Origin: Deltaproteobacteria bacterium
GTDB taxonomy: Bacteria > Myxococcota_A > Polyangia > JAAYKL01
Assembly: GCA_028713995.1 (NCBI GenBank)
Contig: JAQTNF010000003.1
Location: 2,020 to 66,019 of the forward strand
Direction of reading: 5' to 3'
Length of the DNA: 64,000 nt
The notes under the pieces were generated by a model. That model made no database searches. It had not been told where the DNA came from and worked only from the letters and a program-made list of their open reading frames with translations. Shown one piece after another: positions 29,820 to 38,475 of this stretch. Made by a program: the position numbers and the translations under genes. The first letter of the stretch is position 1, and the number at the start of each line of letters is the position of its first letter.

Positions 29820-30274
29820 GCGGGCGCCGCACAGGTCAGAAGAACGAGGGCGCGGTCTGCCAGTCCCGTGCCTTTCTGCGGTCGTACGCCTGGACCCGGT
29901 CCGGACGTTTCCGCCCACCGGCGTCTTCGCGCCGGCTCTCGCAAGAGCCTGACATGGCCTTGCCCTCGTTCCCCCTGAATGGTCCGCTTCTGACTGATAC
30001 GGCTATCGACCGTGGCCTTGTTGCGCGTTGCTGTATCCGCCGTTCTCGGAACGGATACTGGCACCTCGTTGAGGCACTGAGCGGGTGCATGGCTCGCTCG
30101 AAGCGTCGCGATACCGGAACAGCCACAAGCGGATCTGAAGAACCGCTTTCTAGAAACGGTTCACGAGGCACGTCACTCGGTTTGCCGTCGACGTGCGGAA
30201 CGAGGAGGCACTCCCTCCTCGTTCCAAACCATTTTCAATTCGCGCCGGACTCGGGCCGGCGCACGGAGCGCGCC

Positions 30275-30583
30275 ATGACACACGAAACCAGTTTCGAGTC
30301 AGAGGGAGTCGCGGTGCGAGGGGAGGGGGCGGCGCGTGAGCGCGATTTCGCCGAGCGCGACGACGGTGACGGTCTCGTGCGCCCCGACGAGCCGCCGCCG
30401 GTGGCGACGGTCGCCGAAATCGCGCGCTTCCTTCGCGTGCGCCCGAACCTCGTGTACGCCATGTACAGACGCGGAGAAATCCCAGGCGGGCAGCGCCTCG
30501 GTCGCACCATCCGCTTTTCCACCGGGGTCGTCGTCGAGTGGCTGAAGAGCGGCGAGCAACGGCGCACAAGGCGCGGGCACTAG
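30275..30583 (+). CDS. xis: Excisionase / MerR-AlpA-type HTH protein
   Basis: VATVAEIARFLRVRPNLVYAMYRRGEIPGGQRLGRTIRFSTGVVVEWL. Overlaps the integrase start. Confidence 0.6.
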   Translation: MTHETSFESEGVAVRGEGAARERDFAERDDGDGLVRPDEPPPVATVAEIARFLRVRPNLVYAMYRRGEIPGGQRLGRTIRFSTGVVVEWLKSGEQRRTRRGH

Positions 30584-30651
30584 AGTTCGATGTTCACGTC
30601 CTTGCCGAACGTGATATCTTGGCCTGGGGCGAGTCTCCGTCTCGCACGCGA

Positions 30652-31779
30652 ATGGAGGATTCCATGAGCGTGAGACGAGAGAAACGCAAGACCAAGGCCG
30701 GAACGCGAGAGGTATGGGTCGTGGACGTAGTCACCGCACAGCCTGACGGCAGCGAGCTTCGCGTGAAGAAGCAGTCGGCCCGCTGGACGAGGCAGGATGC
30801 GCTGTCCTACGAGCGCACGCTTCTCCGCTCGATCAGTTCCGGGGAGTACTCGAAGAGAAAGGAGGTAGAGGCGGTACCGACAGTGGCAGAGTTCGCCGAC
30901 GAGTTCATCAAGGGGTACGCGAAGGTCTACAACAAGCCGTCCGAGGTGATTGCGAAGCAGGGCAACCTGGCACGCTACATCCTGCCGGACCTCGCGGGGC
31001 GCAAGCTGAGCGACGTCAAGGTGCGCGACGTGGAGAAGCTCAAGGGTCGCCTGCTGGCGAAGGGGCTCAAGCCCAAGAGCGTCAACAACGCGCTCGGCAC
31101 GCTGGGGAAGCTCCTGCGCTACGCCGAGGAGATCGAGGTCATCGGGAGCGTGCCGCGCGTCCGCAAGCTGAAGGCTCCGCCGCCCGAGTTCGACTTCCTC
31201 ACGTTCGACGAGGCCGAGCGGTTGCTGAAGGCGGCTTCGTACAACCCCGAGTGGCACGCGATGATCTTCTTCGCGTTGCGCACCGGGGTCCGGTACGGGG
31301 AGCTTTCGGAGCTGCGGTGGCGGGACGTCGACCTGAGCGCCGGGCGCGTGCTGATCCGCCGGAGTTACTGCGTTGGCCAAGTGACGACGCCGAAGGGCGG
31401 ACGTCAGCGGGAGATCCCGTTGTCGCCGCGGACGGTGGAGTTGCTCAAGAAGCGGCGGCAGCTGCGCCACCTCCAGGGAGACGGATTGGTGTTCTGCAAG
31501 GAGGACGGCGGCAGGCACATCCACAGGCGTGCGGACGTAGCCCTCAAAAGGTGTTGCCGGTTCGCGGGGCTGAGGGAAATCGGCTGGCACAAGCTCCGGC
31601 ACACTTTCGCGTCTCACCTCGCGATGCGCGGCGTTTCGCTCAAGAGCGTCCAGGAGCTGCTTGGGCACGCGACGATGGAGATGACGATGCGGTACGCGCA
31701 CCTGTCTCCGGAGGTGAACAACACGGCGGTGGCGTTGCTCGACGGGGAGCGCGTCGGCGAAAAAGTTACGGCGACATAG
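30652..31779 (+). CDS. int: Phage-type tyrosine integrase
   Basis: HKLRHTFASHLAMRGVSLKSVQELLGHATMEMTMRYAHL. Adjacent to the tRNA genes. Confidence 0.85.
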   Translation: MEDSMSVRREKRKTKAGTREVWVVDVVTAQPDGSELRVKKQSARWTRQDALSYERTLLRSISSGEYSKRKEVEAVPTVAEFADEFIKGYAKVYNKPSEVIAKQGNLARYILPDLAGRKLSDVKVRDVEKLKGRLLAKGLKPKSVNNALGTLGKLLRYAEEIEVIGSVPRVRKLKAPPPEFDFLTFDEAERLLKAASYNPEWHAMIFFALRTGVRYGELSELRWRDVDLSAGRVLIRRSYCVGQVTTPKGGRQREIPLSPRTVELLKKRRQLRHLQGDGLVFCKEDGGRHIHRRADVALKRCCRFAGLREIGWHKLRHTFASHLAMRGVSLKSVQELLGHATMEMTMRYAHLSPEVNNTAVALLDGERVGEKVTAT

Positions 31780-31864
31780 CGGCGACTTCGTGAATTGAAA
31801 TGTTTTTCGGGAAGAAAAAAAGCTCTAAGTACACAAAAGCCCTCGGGAAACTCCCGAGGGCTTT

Positions 31865-31941
<77 letters not shown>

Positions 31942-31975
31942 TTTTCAAACAGCCAACTTCCCGATCAGCCATCCG

Positions 31976-32047
31976 TGGGCGGGACAGGGTTTGAACCTGC
32001 GACCCCCGGCTTGTAAGGCCGATGCTCTTCCGCTGAGCTACCCGCCC
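31976..32047 (-). tRNA. tRNA-Val (anticodon TAC), CCA not encoded
   Basis: Reverse complement GGGCGGGTAGCTCAGCGGAAGAGCATCGGCCTTACAAGCCGGGGGTCGCAGGTTCAAACCCTGTCCCGCCCA. Confidence 0.8.
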
Positions 32048-32110
32048 GCCCGAAGAGCGGCATTTTCTACCAGCGGCCCACCGAGTTGTCAATCTCGCGC
32101 TCGGCCGCGC

Positions 32111-32467
32111 TCAGCCGCCGCGGCGGTAGTGCTTGCGCCAGGGCTCGCGCATGACCTCGATGGCATCGTCGAGGGCAGCTTCCATGGCGTCCGCCACGAA
32201 CTCGGCACAGTGCATGAGCTCCGCGGGCAGGCCTCCGAGCGCCTCGCTCAGCCCCTGCGCCGACGCGGCTCTGCGGGCCTCGACAAGTGGCTTGCCGCGC
32301 ACGAGCAGACACGCGGCCCGGGCGCAGAGAATCGTGTTGGCGCAGCCCTCTGCGTCGGCGTGGGCATCGACGACCGCGCCACTCGCGATCGTGAGGAAGA
32401 ACTCCACCCGATCGCCGCACTCGGTCGCCGCCGCGCCGTACCCGTCAGCCTTGTGCGCGCCTTTCAT
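32111..32467 (-). CDS. NifU/IscU-like Fe-S cluster assembly scaffold protein
   Basis: 118 aa. CGD...GC...HC conserved cysteine pattern. Confidence 0.65.
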   Translation of the reverse strand: MKGAHKADGYGAAATECGDRVEFFLTIASGAVVDAHADAEGCANTILCARAACLLVRGKPLVEARRAASAQGLSEALGGLPAELMHCAEFVADAMEAALDDAIEVMREPWRKHYRRGG

Positions 32468-32540
32468 GTAGTGGATCTAATGGAACCGCCCAGGAAAACC
32501 AATTGATATCCTGTCGGTTTGTTCGATAAAGAGGACGGGC

Positions 32541-33305
32541 ATGTGTCGCATCATCGCAGTCGCCAACCAGAAGGGCGGGGTCGGCAAGACGACCACGGCG
32601 GTCAATATGGGCGCGTCGCTCGCGGCGGCCGAGAAGACCGTGCTCGTCATCGACTCCGACCCTCAGGCCAACGCCACGTCCGGACTCGGAGTGGACGCGG
32701 GCTCGCTCGCGCTCTCGGTCTACGACGTGATCATCGGCAGCGTGCCGGCGCGCGACGCGATCGTGCCCACCGAGCTGACCTACCTCGACCTGCTGCCGGC
32801 GCACCGCGATCTCACGGGCGCGGAGCTGGAGCTGGTGAGCGCCGAGCGCCGCGAGATGCGGCTCAAGGAGGCTCTCGATCCTTTACGTGCGAGCTACGAC
32901 TTCATCCTCATCGACTGTCCGCCGTCGCTCGGGCTCCTGACGCTCAACGCCCTGTGCGCCGCCGACGCGGTGATCGTGCCCTTGCAGTGCGAATACTACG
33001 CGCTCGAAGGGCTCGGGCGGCTGCTCGAGACGGTGGAGATGATCCGCGAGGGGATGAACCCCGCGCTCGCCGTGGACGGCATCCTGCTCACCATGTACGA
33101 CTCGCGCACGAGCCTGTCCGACCAGGTGGCGCGCGAGGTGCGCGAGAACTTCGCGGGCCGCGTGTTCAAGGCCGTCATCCCGCGCAACGTGCGGCTGTCC
33201 GAGTCGCCGTCGTTCGGCAAGCCGGCCATCCTGTACGACGTGCGTTCGCGCGGCTCGCAGGGCTACCTGGAGCTGGCGCGCGAATACCTGGAGACGGCCC
33301 CGTGA
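32541..33305 (+). CDS. parA: Chromosome partitioning ATPase ParA/Soj
   Basis: IIAVANQKGGVGKTTTAVNM deviant Walker A. Confidence 0.9.
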   Translation: MCRIIAVANQKGGVGKTTTAVNMGASLAAAEKTVLVIDSDPQANATSGLGVDAGSLALSVYDVIIGSVPARDAIVPTELTYLDLLPAHRDLTGAELELVSAERREMRLKEALDPLRASYDFILIDCPPSLGLLTLNALCAADAVIVPLQCEYYALEGLGRLLETVEMIREGMNPALAVDGILLTMYDSRTSLSDQVAREVRENFAGRVFKAVIPRNVRLSESPSFGKPAILYDVRSRGSQGYLELAREYLETAP

Positions 33306-34177
33306 ACGACAAGGACAAGGGGCGGCGCGTGCTCGGCCGTGGGCTCGGAGCGCTCATCCCGGGAGCGGGCGGCGGCGGCGTGCGCCCGGGCGGCACGGGG
33401 CGCGACTATTTCGTCTGCCCCGTGGAGCGCATCTCGCCCAACGCCGGGCAGCCGCGCAAGCGCATGAGCGATGCCGGGCTCAGCGAGATGGTCGACTCCA
33501 TCCGCGAGCAGGGCATCATCCAGCCGCTCGTGGTGCGGCGCAGCGGCGACGGGTTCGAGATCATCGCCGGCGAACGGCGCTGGCGCGCGGCCCAGCTGGC
33601 CGGGCTCAAGGAGGTGCCGGTCGTCATCAAGGAGGCGACCAGCGCCGAGGCGTTCGAGCTCGCCATCGTCGAGAACATCCAGCGCGAGGACCTGAACCCC
33701 GTCGAGCTGGCCCAGGCCTTCGAGCGTCTCATCGAGGAGCGCGGCTACACCCAGGCCGAGCTCGCGACGCGCGTCGGCCGCGACCGATCCACCGTGGCCA
33801 ACAGCCTGCGACTGCTCGGCCTGCCCGCGGAGATCCTGGGCATGGTCGCCGACGGGCGGCTCACAGAGGGCCACGCGCGTGCGATCCTGCAGGCGGGCAA
33901 CGCCCAGAACATGCTGGCAATCGCCCGCAAGGCGGCAGTCGGCGGCCTGTCGGTACGCGAGATCGAGCGCCGCGCGAGGCGCGCCTCCTCGGTCAAACCC
34001 CATGCCAGAGAGGAGCGCCCGGCAGCGTCCCCGCAGGTCCGCTCCCTCGTGGAGCGTCTCCAGCGCGCGCTGGGCGCCAGGGTGAAGCTCGTGGACGCGA
34101 AGGGCAAGGGGCGCATCGAGATCACGTACACGAGCTACGACGAGCTCGACCGCATCCTCAACAAGATCCTGAAGTGA
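33302..34177 (+). CDS. parB: Chromosome partitioning protein ParB/Spo0J
   Basis: GTG start overlapping the parA stop. GERRWRAAQLAGL. LTEGHARAIL. Confidence 0.85.
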   Translation: MNDKDKGRRVLGRGLGALIPGAGGGGVRPGGTGRDYFVCPVERISPNAGQPRKRMSDAGLSEMVDSIREQGIIQPLVVRRSGDGFEIIAGERRWRAAQLAGLKEVPVVIKEATSAEAFELAIVENIQREDLNPVELAQAFERLIEERGYTQAELATRVGRDRSTVANSLRLLGLPAEILGMVADGRLTEGHARAILQAGNAQNMLAIARKAAVGGLSVREIERRARRASSVKPHAREERPAASPQVRSLVERLQRALGARVKLVDAKGKGRIEITYTSYDELDRILNKILK

Positions 34178-34221
34178 CCTTCCCGGGGCGTTCGCCGCCC
34201 GCGCCCAATCGGGTTCGTGCT

Positions 34222-35802
34222 ATGAATGTGGTGATGGTCAAGAAGGCACTCATCGTTCTCGTGGTCCTCGTAGCGATCGGCGTGGCCGCGGGACTTGTCG
34301 AGAAGGCGGCGAGCTCGAGCGGGAAGGCGGGTGCACACGCGGGGGTTGGGGACAAGACCCGAGCGCCGGCCGGTGCGAAGCACGCGCCCGGGCCGAACGT
34401 TCTGCTCGTGGTCGTCGACACGGAGCGCGCGGACCACACGTCGGCCTACGGCAACGCGGAGCCCACCACGCCGTTCCTCGAGAAGCTGGCCAAGGAGGGC
34501 GTGCGCTTCACGAACGCGTTCTCCGCGGCCCCGTGGACCGTCCCGTCCATGTACTCCCTCTTCACAGGTGTGTACCCGAGCGAGCACGGCATCACCGAGA
34601 CCATGCGGCGCAAGAATGGCAACGTGGACCAGCCGGTGCTACCCGAGATGGCGACGACCCTCACGGAACGGCTCAAGGCGCAAGGCTACGGGACGTTCGG
34701 CGTGAACACGAACCTCCACCTCTCGGAGAAGTTCGGGTTCGCCCAAGGCTTCGACAAGTTCGCCGGCTCGTGGTTCCTGAACCTGCCGTTCGCCAACTCG
34801 GTCATCCACCACTGGAAGGACGACATTCGCGCCGCGCGGCCGCGCTTCGTGTGGATACACTACTTCGACCCGCATTTCGTGTACTACCTCAAGCACCCGT
34901 GGTTCGACGAGTGGAACAAGAGCCCTTACGCGAGCTACGAGGACTGCTTCGGCGACGCGGCGCTCGACGTGCTCGACAAGGAGGAGACCCAGACCGAGGC
35001 CGACGATCTCACGCCGTACGACAAGACCGCGCTCATCAAGAAGGCGTTGCAGAAGCTGTTCGACAAGCTCCGCAAGACCAAGGCCGTGATCAAGCCGAAC
35101 GAGATCATGGGCGAAGGGACGCTGGCCAGGATGAAGGATTTCCTCGGCGCGGCCTACAAGAGCGAAATCCGCGTGGTGGACGAGGCTCTGCCGGCCGTGT
35201 TCGACGACGTGGGCGTCGACGAGAACATGATCGTCATCTACACGGCTGATCACGGCGAGGAGCTCTTTGAGCACGACGACTTCGGCCACATCGGGCCGAA
35301 CCGGCACCTCTACCAGGAGCTCCTGAACGTGCCGCTCGTCATCGTGCTGCCGGGGCGCGAGGCCGCCGGGAAGGTCGTCGACACGCCCGTCTCCCTCATC
35401 GATATCATCCCCACACTGATGGAGCTCACGGGAACCCCCGTGCCGGCCGATCTGCCCGGTCGCAGCCTTGTGCCGCTCATCCGCGGCGACAAAGGCGCGT
35501 GGCCGGAGCGGGCGCTCTACGCCGAGGTAACCCACGAGGACAAGACCTCCCGCGCCATCATCCGGTCCCCCTGGAAGTACATCCACGACTTCGCGACAGG
35601 CATGGGCGAGCTCTACGACCTCGCGACCGACCCCGGGGAGAAACAGGACCTCTCGTCCGCGGAGCCTGAGCGGGCCGCAGCCATGAGGCTCGACCTGCTC
35701 AGGTGGGTCGACACCACCAAGCCGCGCTGGGCGCCGGCCAAGCCCATCCGCCTCGAACAGGATGACATGGACAAGCTGCGCGCGCTCGGGTACCTGCTCT
35801 AG
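34222..35802 (+). CDS. Sulfatase-like hydrolase/transferase (alkaline phosphatase superfamily)
   Basis: VVVDTERAD...FSAAPWTVPSMYSLFTG. N-terminal TM anchor. Confidence 0.7.
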   Translation: MNVVMVKKALIVLVVLVAIGVAAGLVEKAASSSGKAGAHAGVGDKTRAPAGAKHAPGPNVLLVVVDTERADHTSAYGNAEPTTPFLEKLAKEGVRFTNAFSAAPWTVPSMYSLFTGVYPSEHGITETMRRKNGNVDQPVLPEMATTLTERLKAQGYGTFGVNTNLHLSEKFGFAQGFDKFAGSWFLNLPFANSVIHHWKDDIRAARPRFVWIHYFDPHFVYYLKHPWFDEWNKSPYASYEDCFGDAALDVLDKEETQTEADDLTPYDKTALIKKALQKLFDKLRKTKAVIKPNEIMGEGTLARMKDFLGAAYKSEIRVVDEALPAVFDDVGVDENMIVIYTADHGEELFEHDDFGHIGPNRHLYQELLNVPLVIVLPGREAAGKVVDTPVSLIDIIPTLMELTGTPVPADLPGRSLVPLIRGDKGAWPERALYAEVTHEDKTSRAIIRSPWKYIHDFATGMGELYDLATDPGEKQDLSSAEPERAAAMRLDLLRWVDTTKPRWAPAKPIRLEQDDMDKLRALGYLL

Positions 35803-35829
35803 GCGGAGCCAAGCGAAGGAGGAGGGATT

Positions 35830-36888
35830 ATGGAAAGGACCCTGAGGACGGGGCTGCTCGGGCTCGGGCTCGGGCTCGCGGCGTGCGGGAGCTCGGGCAA
35901 CGAGAACGACGACAGCGACACGGACACGACGACGAGCACCGGCACGGACGGCGATGCTGACGGCGACGCCGACGGCGACGCGGACTCCGACACCGACACG
36001 GACACGGACTCCGACACCGACACGGACACGACCTGCACCGTGTTCCCGTCCGACAATCCGTGGAACCAGGATATCTCCCAGGCGCAGGTGCACCCCAACT
36101 CGGACGCCTTCATCGCCTCCATCGGCGCTGACGGGTTCGTGCACCCGGACTTCGGCACGGTGTGGGACGGGGCGCCCATCGGCATTCCGTTCGTGGAGGT
36201 CACCTCGGCCACGCCCAAGGTGGCGGTCGCGTTCGACTACGCCGACGAGAGCGACCCCGGGCCCTACCCTATCCCGGACAACGCGCCCATCGAGGGCGGC
36301 CCGAGCTCGGACGGCGACCGTCACATCCTCATGGTCGACTACGGAAGCTGCACGCTCTACGAGCTCTACTGGGCGTGGCCGCCGGGCGAGGGCGAGAATC
36401 CCTATACGGACCGCTGGTACGCGGGCTCGGGCGCGATCTTCGATCTCTCCTCCAATGATCTGCGGCCCGAGGGCTGGACCTCGGCCGACGCCGCCGGGCT
36501 GCCCATCTTCCCGGGGCTCGTGACCTACCACGAGGCGGTCGAAGAGGGCGTGATCGACCACGCGCTGCGCGTCACGGTGAGCGCGACCCAGCGCGGCTAC
36601 ATCCACCCGGCCACGCACTATGCCAGCGACTCGACCGATTCCAACCTGCCGCCCATGGGCCTGCGCCTGCGCATGAAGGGAGCTTTCGACTGCTCGGGCT
36701 ACTCGCAGGAGGCGCAGGTCGTGTGCGCGGCGCTCAAGACGTACGGCATGTTCGTGGCCGACAACGGTTCCGACTGGTACATCTCCGGCGCGCCGGACGA
36801 CCGCTGGAGCGACGACAACCTGGGCGACTTGAAGCAGATCCCGGGCTCCGCGTTCGAGGCGGTCTATACAGGGGACATCATCTATTGA
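35830..36888 (+). CDS. Lipoprotein with an Asp-Thr/Ser acidic linker
   Basis: Shine-Dalgarno. LGLGLAACGSSG lipobox. (DSDTDT)n linker. Confidence 0.6.
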   Translation: MERTLRTGLLGLGLGLAACGSSGNENDDSDTDTTTSTGTDGDADGDADGDADSDTDTDTDSDTDTDTTCTVFPSDNPWNQDISQAQVHPNSDAFIASIGADGFVHPDFGTVWDGAPIGIPFVEVTSATPKVAVAFDYADESDPGPYPIPDNAPIEGGPSSDGDRHILMVDYGSCTLYELYWAWPPGEGENPYTDRWYAGSGAIFDLSSNDLRPEGWTSADAAGLPIFPGLVTYHEAVEEGVIDHALRVTVSATQRGYIHPATHYASDSTDSNLPPMGLRLRMKGAFDCSGYSQEAQVVCAALKTYGMFVADNGSDWYISGAPDDRWSDDNLGDLKQIPGSAFEAVYTGDIIY

Positions 36889-36953
36889 TCGGGAATTGGG
36901 TCGTCGTGGTCGTCACGCGTACAAAAAATGCACATCGTAGGGAACGAGTGGCA

Positions 36954-37976
36954 ATGCGTGTTTCTCATTCCTTTCTACGCTGGAGCGGCGCGACCACTGC
37001 GCTCGTAGTCGTGTTTTACGGCGGCACAACCGCGTGCACGTGCACCAAAACGTTTCGGTCCGAACCTGGTGAGCCAATAGTCGCCCTTTCAACAGGGAGA
37101 AACAGCAGCGCAGATCCGGCCAGGTCATCCGACAGCAGCCGCAGATGCGCCGAGAAACCAGGGGATGCAGAGCATGGCTGCGGCGACGAAACGACAACGC
37201 GTTGGCTCGCGACCGCTCCTCATGTTCCGTTGGCATTCACTGACAGGCACGAGATCTACAATGTTGATTCGCACTGCTGCGAGCCATGGTCGAAAGCAAA
37301 GTCGCGCTGGCGCACCGTGGATGCATGGGGACAGGTCGTCGGTTCTGCGGAGATCGTGTCGCGTAGCTATTACGAATACGCCGAATGCTACGATACGACC
37401 TGGAAGCTCATTCAGGGCAGTTGGGGAGCGGGACTACTCGCATCCGAAGACGGCGACTGGCGCCCCCCGCCATCGGTCCAATGGACTCCATCGCCGTCGC
37501 AAATGGCTGCACTCAGTCGCATGGTGGACGACGTCTATCATGCATTCGTCTTCACGGATCTCAGCTTCATACGCCTTACCACCGGCCCGGGGCAGACCGA
37601 GGGGACGGACAAGCTTCTTCCTCTAGAGCGGCGGACTCTTCTGTTTACCATCCCTCCACGCAAACGCGACAGTGAGCCTGCGCCTCCGAACCCAACGCAG
37701 TTTGCGGTTGTGGGTGGCCCTGTTCTTCTTGTGGCGTTTCTACATCCGGACGAGCGGTGGATCGTGTCTGCGGAAAGGAATGAACTGACCGATGGCGATC
37801 GCACGCACCTGACGTATCAGCCTATTGCGGTCTTCGATGTTGATGAAGACGGATTCCCCGAGATCATCTACCGTTTCAGTGAGGGCGAGTGGTGGGGAGA
37901 GACCATCCTGAAACTGGACACTGCATTCGATCGTTGGAGGGAAGTGGCGACCAGCGTAATGGGGAGTATAGCGTAG
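36954..37976 (+). CDS. Hypothetical secreted protein or lipoprotein
   Basis: ORF with lower GC (about 55 %) and a signal-like N-terminus. Confidence 0.4.
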   Translation: MRVSHSFLRWSGATTALVVVFYGGTTACTCTKTFRSEPGEPIVALSTGRNSSADPARSSDSSRRCAEKPGDAEHGCGDETTTRWLATAPHVPLAFTDRHEIYNVDSHCCEPWSKAKSRWRTVDAWGQVVGSAEIVSRSYYEYAECYDTTWKLIQGSWGAGLLASEDGDWRPPPSVQWTPSPSQMAALSRMVDDVYHAFVFTDLSFIRLTTGPGQTEGTDKLLPLERRTLLFTIPPRKRDSEPAPPNPTQFAVVGGPVLLVAFLHPDERWIVSAERNELTDGDRTHLTYQPIAVFDVDEDGFPEIIYRFSEGEWWGETILKLDTAFDRWREVATSVMGSIA

Positions 37977-38039
37977 GGAAGTGCCACAGTGATACGGTGC
38001 TTCCTATCCCCAGCGTGAAAAATCTTTCAGGTGCGACGG

Positions 38040-38459
38040 CTACCGCGCGTACGTCATGATGAACAGCATGGCGCCCATGACGACCGCGGACGCCACCAGC
38101 AGGAGGACGAAGGTGCGCCGGCTCACCGACCTGCCGCGCGGTGGAGCGCTCGCGGCCAGGATCTCGTCGAAGCGCCTGACGAGCCGCTCGAGCTGCTCCT
38201 TGGCCATGGGATCTTCACCGCGCAGCCGGTAGCGGAACGCGGCGTACCCGGCGCAGCCCTGCGCGAGGGCCTGCTCCACGAAGAGCGCGTGACGCGCGCG
38301 ATCATCCCACGCCTCCTCCACGCGAAGCCACAGGGCCTTGAGCGCGTCGGGCACGCCCTCCTCGAGCACGGTCGGATCGAACTTCTCGAACACGAGGCCG
38401 CAGCGCGGGCATGACTCTCGGTCCCGCTGGGTCCCGCACTTCGGGCAGGCTGCGTCCAT
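38040..38459 (-). CDS. Zinc-ribbon plus TM hypothetical protein
   Basis: CPKCG...CPRCG. C-terminal TM segment. Confidence 0.45.
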   Translation of the reverse strand: MDAACPKCGTQRDRESCPRCGLVFEKFDPTVLEEGVPDALKALWLRVEEAWDDRARHALFVEQALAQGCAGYAAFRYRLRGEDPMAKEQLERLVRRFDEILAASAPPRGRSVSRRTFVLLLVASAVVMGAMLFIMTYAR

Positions 38460-38475
38460 GGACGCGTCCCTTCGG

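Noticed and set aside
29456-30583. 375-aa ORF
   Set aside because: Only the last about 100 codons (excisionase HTH) look genuine. The upstream part is Arg-rich shadow.
32519-34177. 552-aa ORF spanning parA and parB
   Set aside because: Open frame in GC-rich DNA. The genuine ParB starts at GTG 33302, overlapping the parA stop.
34639-36618. 659-aa minus-strand ORF
   Set aside because: Shadow of the sulfatase-like and lipoprotein genes. Composition is Arg/Val/Gly-rich.
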